Below the pieces are notes generated by a model. The model did no database searches, had not been told where the DNA came from, and saw only the letters and a program-made list of their open reading frames with translations. This document shows, one piece after another, positions 38,201 through 52,800 of a stretch of 64,000 bases of DNA (the first letter of the stretch is position 1; each line of letters begins with the position of its first letter). The translations under genes and the position numbers were made by a program. Source of the stretch: Balanoglossus misakiensis (Eukaryota > Animalia > Hemichordata); the NCBI GenBank assembly GCA_040954595.2, contig CM082589.2:8130232-8194231 (forward strand), written 5' to 3'.

Positions 38201-40758
38201 AAGCCTGCATGGATGGTGAGAGGGGCTGTGATATAGTCTATGTACTGATCAGCTTACTGAGTGGCTAAACACAGTATACTGCAACCGGTAAAAAGCAACA
38301 GAACTTACCATACACTTCTAACGGATAGAGCATTACTTCGCATAACTTCAACTCCCAGTTACTTCCATAAACCTGTACTCTCAGATACTTCCCTGTCATA
38401 GCGCCATCACAGTCAATATCCATATAGGGGCTACTGTACTCACTCAGATCCAGAGGTCTACCATTACAGACAGGGTTTAATTCTGTTTCCGACTTGGAAC
38501 CAAAATACACATAGGTCTCGTTTTGAAATAACCCTGCAATTTAAACATAAGACACCTTCAAGTATACCGCTCTTTGTTCAATTCATTTTAACCTTCAATA
38601 CGCGAATACAGTTTAATCACTCCCTGACCACTGATCAAGTCGCCTAGTTAAAATGTGCTGTAATAATAAGCCGTGCTCATAAACAATACAAAAACATCTT
38701 TTTGAGATGCTCTGCAATATGCTGCTATTTATGTCATGCTATAACGAACAGATTATTGTTGGGCTTCATTTGCTTTCAGTAGTCATCGGAAGATAAGTAG
38801 AACTTCCATCTCAAAATTCAAGTTGACCAGCAGAAATAAACGGTAACCTATGTAAATTTAACCACAGTTACTATGGAAAATAATTATAACCAATAAAAAA
38901 AATTCAGTGGGTGGTACACGCAAAGCAGTGTTCCATCACATAGTAATTCCAATACATACAAGCCCTTTTGATCTTGCATGTATAAAGGTATATGTAAAGT
39001 AAGGGTAGTTGAAGAAACGAAAGGCGGTATAATCTCTACAACGTTGTTTCGTGAGTCATTGGACTCACTCATCAGGAGACTAAACTGTCGTTTATAGAGA
39101 TTATACCGCCTTTCGTCTCTCCAACCACCCTTACTTTTTATTTGGCTCTACTTTAGTATCGAGCACTTTGTATCGGACCAGTCGAACCGCATACTTCGTA
39201 TATAGGTATATGTATATGTAAATTAAGGGTCCATTATACATGTACCACTAATGCTTTTTTGCGTTTAAAAATACTCACTGCAAGAATTTGATTCTTGTTC
39301 ACTCATGCACTCTCCGTCGTATTCTTCGACAATTACTATCCTGTCAATTGTTATTTCTTCTTCGATTTCCAACAACCACCACGGATCAGTTGTAGATCCT
39401 GTATGTGAGCATGTACCATCGTCAACGTCGACGGAGCTGTAGTCGCCATCAACGGCCAAATATGCACTATCTGGTGCCAACTTCTGTGTGCTTGTACCAT
39501 TTATAGCTACGTTCACGGTGCCCTCACCTTAGAACAGGATGTTGACAAAAAAGAGTTTGATGAGTCTGAGCCACTACACATTATAAAAAGATTACATACA
39601 TGCACAGAAAATAGTAAATATATAAATACTTGAGACAGACGCAGATGTTTATTTTTATGTTACAAATTTCATTAGGTTAAAGGGACTAAGTCTCTCTCTC
39701 GTTGCCCTTTTTCCATTAATTATGCTTGACACAAGACACCGTTTATGTTATTCTACATGTGGATGTATAGTGAATCAACGTTAGACCACACACAACTTCC
39801 ATCCCACTTGTAGATAAGAGAGTGAAAAACTCGCTAAAATGAATAATTGGTATGTACCGTTTATTCATTTTGGCGATAATTTTACTCTCATATCCTACAA
39901 ACGATTCCTTTGAATGATAGAGCAGAGTCTGGCAAGAGAGCCTAAGATGTGGTCATCAAAATAGTAAAATGATTCTTACGTTCGACGAGCTGGCAATATT
40001 CAGCATAAACATCAACAGAGTCACCACCAGTCGTGTCAATCCAATACCATCCCGGTAGCGTGTAATTCTGACTGTACCACACACTGCAAGTGGACATAGC
40101 TGTGTACAAGGAAAGTTATTGTTATCACTTATTACTTGTAGAAAGTGAAGCAAAAATAGCACTTGAATTATTCTAATACTGCATGAACAAGTTATGTGAC
40201 ATTTCAGCTTGGCATCACAATCTGTAGATTTAGTCTGGTCCCCTGCCCCAATCCCACCGCTGGCTGCGCTACGGTGAAGTGAAAGGGTCAGGCACAGGCT
40301 ATTGTAAACATGGCTCTCATCTCATACCAAGTTTGTATGTTCATATCCGGACTTGAAATTGATGATCGTAAAACTATCGAAGAACCTTATGAATACTTAA
40401 TTCTATGGAAGAAATGAAGCAGTTACCCTGATAACAACCATACAATTCAATCTTCATTGCTATTCGGTTTATCCATGTCTTTGGTCGGATGATCACAATG
40501 CTAGCAAAGAGGGCTGGGGAGATTACGTTTTCAACAACGTGCGTGTCATTGACATTTGCGATGAAAACCTGTCACAAAGATAATACAACGTAACATCAAA
40601 CTTCCTGATAAACGAAATACCTTTTCCAATTCATTCATTCATTCATTCATTCATTCATTCATTCATTCATTCATTCATTCATTCATTCATTCATTCATTC
40701 ATTCATTCATTCATTCATTCATTCATTCATTCATTCATTCGTCACTCCTCCCACTCTT

Positions 40759-40793
<35 letters not shown>

Positions 40794-43700
40794 TTTTGTA
40801 TTTATTTTTTATTTTTTTATTTTTTTATTTATTTTGTTTTGCGAATGCAATTACAAGAGCAAGCTAAATCTTAAAAAGCGGCAAATTCAAGCAAAGTTAG
40901 AAGACTCTGTGTTATACCAGATATTTGTCATAACTGTTTGTCCATTCATAAATCTCAAATTATTTATGTAGTAATTGTAATAATGGTGACTCTTGTTGTC
41001 CCACAAAAACAATCGCATACAATAACGTCGATAAACTCTTTACAAGTGGAAAATTTCTCTCACCGTTGGTGTGTTATTGTAGCCAGAGTAAGATTCCACA
41101 TGGATGGCATCTTCACTGTAATCTAATGTAAAACTCGTCACTCTCCAGTCATAGAGGGCGCCATATGTACCGCTATACTGGAATCCTTGTGTAGCAATCT
41201 GTATCAAAAATTATAGTAACATCAATTCAAAAAGCCAGGGTAAGTGAATTTTCAATTTCGAAGCTTTTCGTACATACTTATGAGGTATCAGGAAAGAAAA
41301 GACACCGATTCCTCTCGTGGTAAAAATACAGACTATACAAAGTAGTTAAATAAAATAGTACACCGCCCTCTCTGCGCTACCCGGAGATAGAAATAAAATG
41401 AGTGTATTCCGTGTGTTTTAATGAGGATGGCCAACCTTCCTTTTCTACAATGACAAGACGAAAAATGGCGAATAATTTTATCGTGACTGAAACCGTGAAC
41501 TATGTACAATGGGACTAGAGAGAAATGGGCGAGTGAATGAGTTAGCGAGTAATTAGAGTGGTAGATTGAGTTAGTGAGTGATGTTGCTGTTGCTGTTGTT
41601 GTTGTTTGCGTGTAGTTCCTTTATTCCTCAATAAGTGAAGTTAGGACAAAATTAACACATGAATAAACACACAAACAAATAATTAAACAAATACCATCCT
41701 TGCTATATGGACAATTTCAAAATATTTCGTAAAATTTCGCAGAAGCAGGAATATAAGCCGACACTTTGTTAAATGTCTTATCTCAATCTGAAGCATAACT
41801 ATAGACACTGTATAACCATGCTTGCTGTCATTTTCTATATTCATGTTGATTATTCCTAATTCTAATCATCTGTTGTATCTTCTCGTGACTTACGTCTGTG
41901 GTTTGCCATTGTTTTGCCTTTTTAATGATATAAGACTTGTCAAGATTGCATTAACCTGTATCAAGGTGTCAAATTTATATGCGTATGTGAAATATGGTTA
42001 CCTTCCGTATTTGTGTCCTTGCCAATAAATCGATCTGAATAAACTGCTCCGAATTTTGCAGATCAGCTGCCCAAGTCAGACCTGCAATGATCATACAAGC
42101 ACACACATTTTTATTTTATCCTAGTTGACACATGGAAGCTTATAGTTGACTACTACATAATCTTATTAAAAGGGATGGACGATTTTCGATATTTTTTTCG
42201 GTAATTTTGTGACCAAACTAAAGCAACGTTCCACTTGTCATATCCCTTCTTATTATGTTGGTAATTACAACAGTAATTTGCCATGCGGCTTAATTTGCTC
42301 TTAAGTTTATCTCTAACTTATGAAATTTTGCTTAACCATGATGTTGGGTGTAAATTATAATTCTGAAATAGGATGATTGCATCCATGATGACGAGTCAGC
42401 CATGTTAAACTAATTTCTGTTAGAATAGTCTCACACTCCTGGCCGCTGAGAGTGTGGGATGTAATCGATCTCCCCACACTGTCGCAGGATCGATAGCTCT
42501 ATATGACGAGAGCGCTGATTGGATGACAAAACGTATTGTAATAATGCGCGATAAATGTTACCCAATGGCGCGAATTGTAATACATGGTAAAAAAAACTAC
42601 AACGAGCTAAATTGTGGTCGTATGAGAAACATAATCTTACATACCAAGGACCTTGGATCCTATTCCTCATACTAGTCGGGGATATTTTGTCTCACACTCG
42701 CCTGCGGTTCGTGTGGGACAAAACATCCCCAACTCGTGTGAGAAATACGATCCCAGGACCTTGGGAGTGTGAAATTCTATTATAGGACTATTAATCTGAT
42801 ATTCCCACCTCTCGTATTATAGAGCCTTGCATGAGATGGAATGTAACCATTGTAAGAACTGCTGGCGGTAATTTGATAAGACTGAATTCTTCTACTTTCC
42901 ATTCCGAGTGGTTCCAAGCATACTTCAGCATCCATGGCTTGTTCAATGTCGTAATTTTCTAAAGGTTTCAAACAAAACATTCCAAAATATCACCCTTTTA
43001 CATGAGGTTAGTTTCAGATTGACTTTGTGATACATTTTTCATCTCAACAGAATTAGTTCCAGATATGGAATATACCTAGCAAAAGTCAAACAAGACACGT
43101 GATTGGCGTTATTGGGTGTACTCAGTAACCCAGGTAGTCATGCCGTATTATAAGGACCTCCTAAGCTTTGGAATAAAGCTGTACTTGTTGTGACAGCCAT
43201 CTTGTCCAGATATGCACTATGACAATAGCCGTTCCCAAAGGAATATTCTACGGAACATTCCTGGTTTTTCGAACGAACATTCTTCAATCAAAGGACTCAA
43301 TTCAAGCCAGTCAGAACGCCGCAGTACACCACAGTTTATTAATAGCGTCTACCTCCATTACCGTTATACTCTGGTGTCACGTTCGTTGGAGAAAGTGTCA
43401 GTTATTAGACTCAATTTATTCCTTAGTTTATGAGTCATTTTATCACATATTTCTTATCAACAGAAATGTGTGTGGTTGTGCTAAGCACAATCTCGTGTTT
43501 TTATGCATTCTCAAATATTCTGAAATATAAAATAAATTTGAATGTAAATGCAATTTGAAAGATGGGCTGGTATTCTCTAACTGCTATAAACGTAAGAACC
43601 TTATCAAGTCACATCATGATACAAAACAGAGTAGTAATCCTTACCGAACACATAAACTTCACACATTTGAAGGTAAGCTTTCGATGAAACATCCATCTGA

Positions 43701-46700
43701 ATGGAAACGTATCGTCCAGTAAGACTGCCCTCACAGTCGAAGTCGACAGTCTCTCCACCATAGTATGGCCCATCCATCGTCAATCCACACAAGTCATTTC
43801 CCTCAAAGTCATTATTTTCATTGGAGTGAAATCCAACCCTTGCTTCTAAGTCGCTAATATACCTATCTGTAGGAAAATGACGTAATATTTGAAGGTGCAC
43901 TATACCTGCTTTGTATGTGCAATATTTAAAATTGAATAATAATATATTGGCCAACATGCAAAACGCCAAAGGCCAAAATCTGAAGTTCTTAGCACTTCAA
44001 ATAATCGAACAGCATATCTGCCTACGCCTGTCTTCATCTATTAAGGTAATAACACAACTATTCTTGTCGAAAAACAGCTCAACATGGTGCTGAGGCCAAT
44101 ATATCCATTTGGCTTCTATACCTGCATTTTTACCTGTCAGTGGCCGCAAGATGCCCAAATTACAAAACAACGATGCATTTGATCGTCATTTTAAACCGAT
44201 TTTAGTAAAGTTAGTTAAAGTATCACATTTCCTTATCCAGGAACATGACGAGGAAGATTACAGAGAGACCGACATACATACATACATACATACATACATA
44301 CATACATACATACATACATACATACATACATACATACATACATACATACATACATACATACATACATACATACATACATACATACATACATACATACATA
44401 CATACATACATACATACATACATACATACATACATACATACATACATACATACATACATACATACATACATACATACATACATACATACATACATACATA
44501 CATACATACATACATACATACATACATACATACATACATACATACATACATACATACATACATACATACATACATACATACATACATACATACATACATA
44601 CATACATACATACATACATACATACATACATACATACATACATACATACATACATACATACATACATACATACATACATACATACATACATACATACATA
44701 CATACATACATACATACATACATACATACATACATACATACATACATACATACATACATACATACATACATACATACATACATACATACATACATACATA
44801 CATACATACATACATACATACATACATACATACATACATACATACATACATACATACATACATACATACATACATACATACATACATACATACATACATA
44901 CATACATACATACATACATACATACATACATACATACATACATACATACATACATACATACATACATACATACATACATACATACATACATACATACATA
45001 CATACATACATACATACATACATACATACATACATACATACATACATACATACATACATACATACATACATACATACATACATACATACATACATACATA
45101 CATACATACATACATACATACATACATACATACATACATACATACATACATACATACATACATACATACATACATACATACATACATACATACATACATA
45201 CATACATACATACATACATACATACATACATACATACATACATACATACATACATACATACATACATACATACATACATACATACATACATACATACATA
45301 CATACATACATACATACATACATACATACATACATACATACATACATACATACATACATACATACATACATACATACATACATACATACATACATACATA
45401 CATACATACATACATACATACATACATACATACATACATACATACATACATACATACATACATACATACATACATACATACATACATACATACATACATA
45501 CATACATACATACATACATACATACATACATACATACATACATACATACATACATACATACATACATACATACATACATACATACATACATACATACATA
45601 CATACATACATACATACATACATACATACATACATACATACATACATACATACATACATACATACATACATACATACATACATACATACATACATACATA
45701 CATACATACATACATACATACATACATACATACATACATACATACATACATACATACATACATACATACATACATACATACATACATACATACATACATA
45801 CATACATACATACATACATACATACATACATACATACATACATACATACATACATACATACATACATACATACATACATACATACATACATACATACATA
45901 CATACATACATACATACATACATACATACATACATACATACATACATACATACATACATACATACATACATACATACATACATACATACATACATACATA
46001 CATACATACATACATACATACATACATACATACATACATACATACATACATACATACATACATACATACATACATACATACATACATACATACATACATA
46101 CATACATACATACATACATACATACATACATACATACATACATACATACATACATACATACATACATACATACATACATACATACATACATACATACATA
46201 CATACATACATACATACATACATACATACATACATACATACATACATACATACATACATACATACATACATACATACATACATACATACATACATACATA
46301 CATACATACATACATACATACATACATACATACATACATACATACATACATACATACATACATACATACATACATACATACATACATACATACATACATA
46401 CATACATACATACATACATACATACATACATACATACATACATACATACATACATACATACATACATACATACATACATACATACATACATACATACATA
46501 CATACATACATACATACATACATACATACATACATACATACATACATACATACATACATACATACATACATACATACATACATACATACATACATACATA
46601 CATACATACATACATACATACATACATACATACATACATACATACATACATACATACATACATACATACATACATACATACATACATACATACATACATA

Positions 46701-46817
46701 CATACATACATACATACATACATACATACATACATACATACATACATACATACATACATACATACATACATACATACATACATACATACATACATACATA
46801 CATACATACATACATAC

Positions 46818-46850
<33 letters not shown>

Positions 46851-46857
46851 TACATAC

Positions 46858-46890
<33 letters not shown>

Positions 46891-49800
46891 TACATACATA
46901 CATACATACATACATACATAGAGACAGACAGACAGACAGACACACAGACAGACAGACTGACAGACAGACAGATATTGATTTCACTTACTATGCGAATCTC
47001 CTCGACTCACAACACTGACACTCATTATGTCGTAGGTAGCACCAAGATCAACCAACCACCATGGATAATTATCTTGACCGGTATGCATACAACTGCCTTC
47101 ATACATACCAGTGTCTGCATTGCCATCTATGGCGGCATCAGCTCCCCATTGTTGCTTCACTTGACTTTGGTACGCTGTCTTATACTGGGAAAGACTTGGA
47201 CAATAAGCTATGAAAAAAAGAATAAGAGACCATGCCAAAAAAATTATACAGTTTAATCACAAAATTGTCGGTGTTCTAGAGTGATAAAGGAATTCATTTG
47301 TAGACTAGATGGCCAGCAGCGATAAGTTAGATTGGTTTGATGATGAATAGCTTTCGCCGTGAGGCTGTGGAAATTTAGACATTAGTGACTGTTTACTTTT
47401 AATATCCCATGATTCAAAGTTTTAGGGACAAAGTCTCTCTCTCGCTGCACCTTTTCCATTAATTACGTTTGATACAAGACACCGTTTGTGTTATTTTACA
47501 TGTGGATATATAGTGACTGTTTACTTTTAATATCCCATGATTCAAAGTTTTAGGGACAAAGCCTCTCTCTCGCTGCACCTTTTCCATTAATTACGTTTGA
47601 TACAAGAAACCGTTTGTGTTATTTTACATGTGGATATATAGTGACTGTTTACTTTTAATATCCCATGATTCAAAGTTTTAGGGACAAAGTCTCTTTCTCG
47701 CTGCACCTTTTCCATTAATAACGTTTGATACAAGACACCGTTTGTGTTATTTTACATGTGGATATATAGTGAATCAATGTTCGACCATATTTTGTAGGAT
47801 ATGTGAGTAAAATCTCGCCAAAGTGAATAAATGGTAGAGACCGATTATTCATTTTGGCGAGTTTTTCTCTCTCGTGTCTAATAACGGGATTGAAGGTGTG
47901 TGTGGTTGAAAGAGAAAGATATAGACTTTGTCCCTTTAACATCTCGATTCATTCGTAGAATACCACTTACCGGGATGGTTTAGGTATTCGCCATACAGTT
48001 CGACTTTCATAGCAATCCGACTGTGCCATGCTTGCGGGTGAAATCTGACGTTTGTTACCATCCACATAGGTGTCTGAAGTAGGTATTCAACCACACTATA
48101 CGCGTCAGTATTGCCAGGGAAAATCTGTTGATGAAGGCAAAACGAATACATTCCCGATAAACCCATTCTTGACTCGGGCTTTAAAAAGCATTCTCTTATG
48201 AATTCGATGATTCAACGTAAATGTTTGATGTTATAACTTCGATCTGTGTGATTAGAAATGGCTATTGCAATATCAGAAATAAAATGCGCAGTACAATGTA
48301 ACTATACATCATCAGATTCATAATGTCATATTACTTTCTGTTGCAGACCGAAAGTCAAAGAGAACAAAAGGCACCCGTTCTCTCCGAATTCTTTGGGCGT
48401 TCAACTACAGATAATAGGGGGACGGTCAATCGGGAGATGGTGAAAACACAATGCACAAAGCTGACCTTGGTGACCCCATTCTCTTCATAGCTCGTCCAGT
48501 CACTGTTATCCAATGATTTGAAGGATAAATAGTAAGTTTCCACCCATTCGTCCAAACCATCGCGTCCCTGCGTGGACACTACACGAATGTTGGCATAGTA
48601 ACGAAATATGATCTCCATCCAATCCTGCTCATCTGGATCCTCTGGGATCCAGGCAGGCGCATCCAGACTGCCAAGTGGGTCTTCATAATAAAGTCTCGCC
48701 ATCGACGCCGCATAATCCTCCCCATCGTCAGGATCCGATTGAGTGATGTAATTATCTTGGATGTAACCAGTCGTCATACCGAGGGCATAATAAACATTCC
48801 CTGTCCGAAATATAACAGGAACAGTGTCGATTGTGAACACATATCACCAGCTTATTTATTTTGTGTTTTGCACAATCATGTATACGGGGGTCATACAGGG
48901 ACTATTAAGACGTTTCTGAAAAGTTTCAGCTCAAATACTGGCGTAAATTAATATGTGTGTGGCCCATTATTACCATGATGGATGACTCAGCAAATTTGAA
49001 TTTGCAAAACCAAAAATAAATGAGCGGGTGTTCAAACATCTTGGACAATTCTATCATGTAAACATTCGGCTTAAATCTGGCAGTCCTCGGTAGGTTAATG
49101 AACAATAATCGTATTCTTGGTGATCTCTATGTAGAAATGTTAGACATAGTACAATAATTGTTATTGGTAGGATATTACAGCAACTATGTTCCCTTTGAAT
49201 CAATTTTATCTGTCCTATGTAAAACAACTTACGGCAATAAACAGGATAATGACTAGCGCCACCATCGCCATCAGGATCAATCCAGTACGACATCTCCATT
49301 GGATAATGTGAGGAATACCACGCGGCACATGACGTCATTGCTGATAAAAGACACGGTATACCAATTCTTTACTATCAATCACCTGATCTGGCCATGTGAC
49401 CCACGGCGTTGTCATTTCCAGGTGACGGACAAGAAATATTTCGGTTCCCAGTAAAAAAAAAATTCCGATAATGTTTTACCGCCAGACATGTAATGTGTAT
49501 CAGGCATAGTAGTCAGGTGGAGATTTGAGAAATTGTGACCCCCTCTGGCATTTTTTGGTACAAGCAAACCAAATATGTTTTTTGGTCAATTCGACTACGC
49601 TGATTTCGAAAATGCCTGTTCCCAAAAGATCTTTTTGAGATAAGAGCCTCGTTTTGGCAAATCAAAATGGCCGCCAAGGATCGCAATTCTCACATGAATA
49701 GCATCAAAGAAATGTTCACGTACCTCCTTAAACAATGAAACTAAACTACATGTTTACATCAACAACTTTTTTTGGTTGTATAAACACAAAATAGCAACAA

Positions 49801-52800
49801 TAAAACAATAATTATGCAAAAATTTGCATATTGTATGAATAATTCGTTGATTTTTGGCTACCAAATAATAATAAAGCTAGGTGTAACAGTACATGTACTG
49901 AAAACGCACAAGCATTGGAAAAAATTACCTTTTCTTTATTTTAATAAAGGACTTAAACCTTGTTCAAAACAATACTTCAAGTGTGAAGTTCATTTTGAGA
50001 CAAGAGCCTCGATGTGGCAATTCAATATGGCCGTCTAAAGCCTCGTAGTGGAGCGGCCAAACCCTAATTTTCATAGCGATTGTGCATTTTGTGATAAAAG
50101 CACCAAACTTGGCTCAGATGTGTGTTAATGTGTACTAAACAAATTCAGATAGGGAGCCACTAAATATCTGTTGATGAGTTTCCATGGCAACCAATTTTTC
50201 AAAATGGCCACCAATACAGATAATTTCACCCACCAAATAACATCTGCAAACACCAAAATAAATTTAGATTACTATATTTGATACAAGGAACTGTGGAAAG
50301 AATGATTTGCAAAGATATTATGGTTACTAAACTACTTATAGGGGTAAGTAAGTTATCAAAACACAATTTAAAGGCACAACTTTTAATCCCTTTCGGATTA
50401 ATAGGTGCTCCTCTAGAAGTCAAACCATACTGTCTATGGTCAAACATTAGGCTAATTGCGATATTTAACTTGCAGTACGTAAATTACACATATGAATCAC
50501 AACAGTTTACCACCTTAGCTAATGATAATCATATAAACAGATCACCGATATATTCGAATTGCACACGGATGTGGGCTTGGCTTACTCGTGACTGGTAAAA
50601 TTTCCTTATCAACTTGATAGGAGAGTCCACTGCCCGAAATAGACGTTGATCCAAACTGAGTCCGCGGTCGTCACGTTTATTGGTCGACAGACATAGGGCC
50701 TCAAACGCAATGCAATCTAAATGGACCCCGGGTAACGAACCAAGCGGCTTTGTTTCGACCACAATCGCCACCGCAGCGTTGACAACGTTTTTTCGGGGCG
50801 TTAATGTTTGTCAAAATGCCATAGGAAATTAAAGAAACTTAAGTCAAATTGCTGAAACGTTAATAACCGACCATATGTCTTGATACTTTAGATCATGTAT
50901 CAGTTCCACTCCAGCAATTTTGGCGACTGTTAACAGAGTTGACCAAAAGATAAATGGTGTCTATGATTCCAAACTCATAAAAATTACACCGGAGGACACA
51001 ACATTATTTTATTTGTCGAGAATAGTGTCCATCATGCCATAAATATTGTCAAAAATGTGTGTTAATTATAGAAACCCAACTAAATATACAAGCAGTTGGC
51101 CTTTAGATTGGTAAATGGAAAAACAGGTCTTATTGCAATTTTCTGGGATTAGGTGTCCCAAGGCTCCCAACAAGTCACTTGGAATGTACATCCATTCTAA
51201 TATCTCAATGTGTAAAGATCTGACTTTGCAAGAGATATTACGGAAAACTTCATTTCATTTAATAGCATGAAGTAAGCGAAATCTTACTCTTTACAGAAAA
51301 GCTGTGATCCTGAAGACTTTTGGTGTTTTGAAGCTTATTTTCACTTTATCATTTTATTCTTTTGGGGGTTCACAAATACACAAAATAACATGTCAAAATA
51401 GAACTGCTGACTATCATCAAGGTGCGATTAAAATTATCGATAACATGAGCAATACAAAGCACTTCAAGCGACTTCATCAAAACGCTTTCCGAAGGACAAG
51501 TATTGGATGAAAAGTTTGAAACAGATTTTGATTTTGATTCCTAACATCTATCTATGTACATGCACCCTAGACATAGTTAGTTTCTATAGTAACTTTAACA
51601 AACCAATCGACTGTCATGATACTGGATTTCTGCCACCATTTTATGGGGAAGTGATTCTTTATCTGCATGAATCATTTGATGAAGATAAAATAGAAAAGCT
51701 GGATTCTGCACTGATTCAAACTGGTCAGATCAATTTATAAGGTTGAGAAACAAGATGCCGTTTTTTCCTGGGTTGACTAAATTTGGAATTTTGTTCATCA
51801 AAGATGTTTTTATGGGGAAAATAACGAATCAACTGAGCTTTACTTGTTAAACTTTTATCACAAAATGCCCAAATGTTACGAAAATTATGTTTATGCCAGG
51901 CCACTATTATAATATATCTATGGTTATACAGTGTTTTAACTAAGTTTGTTGTAACCGGGGTTATTACCAAACTTCAATTTCTTTAGCGACTGAATCTCGA
52001 TCCTGTATTTACCCCTATAACTAGTTTAGTGATGATATATATTTTGAAAATTTGAGCAGTTTCTTGTTTCAAATATTGTAATATGAATTTATTGTGGTGT
52101 TTTATAATTGTTATTTTGCGGGTGAGATTATCTGTATTGGCGGCCATTTCGAAAAAATGAAAAAAATGATTGCCATGGAAACTCATCAACAGATATTGTG
52201 GCTCGCTATCTGAATTTGTTTAGTACACATTAACGCACATCTGAGCCAAGTACGACACCCAAGTGGATTAAACATACATGTATATATGTTGCCTCACTGA
52301 CACAATCTTCACTTTGCACACAGTATCATATATAAAAACGTAATAAAAATACACATTACTCTTTACTTATGAAGAGAAATTGTTGTTAGAGACCGGGTTT
52401 CAATAAAACACCGAGGACGTCGGGCCATCAGTGTGCATTCAACGTCTTATAACTAAGCATGAATATACGGTGCTGGCATAATGTGAGTGTGGCCATACGA
52501 TGCTTTCGCTATTAATGAACAACTTGTACGTTAACAAATGCCAGTTTTGTTGGCAAAAAGTATGTTTTTGGCTTTTCACAACATTGAACATACATTCATA
52601 GTTCAATAACTTGTGAATTGTGGACCTAAACGTTCATACGTTCAATGTTCTGGTGTTTTTTTAACGGAGCGATCGGTCACGATGTTACCAACGAGCATGT
52701 ACAGTCTAAACTAAATCCTCGTTGTGTATGTTTCTTTGTTTGTTTTTTGTTGTTTTTTACATGCTATTACATACAAATATGAAAAGTTTCATTTCAGTTA

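Noticed and set aside
44109-47256. 892-1003 aa IHTY/MYVC ORFs
   Set aside because: Microsatellite artefacts. The only real coding part is the minus-strand FTP exon 47207-46989.
50350-52000. Transposase gene inside the 4.6-kb element
   Set aside because: Only short ORFs with no recognisable DDE or helicase motifs.
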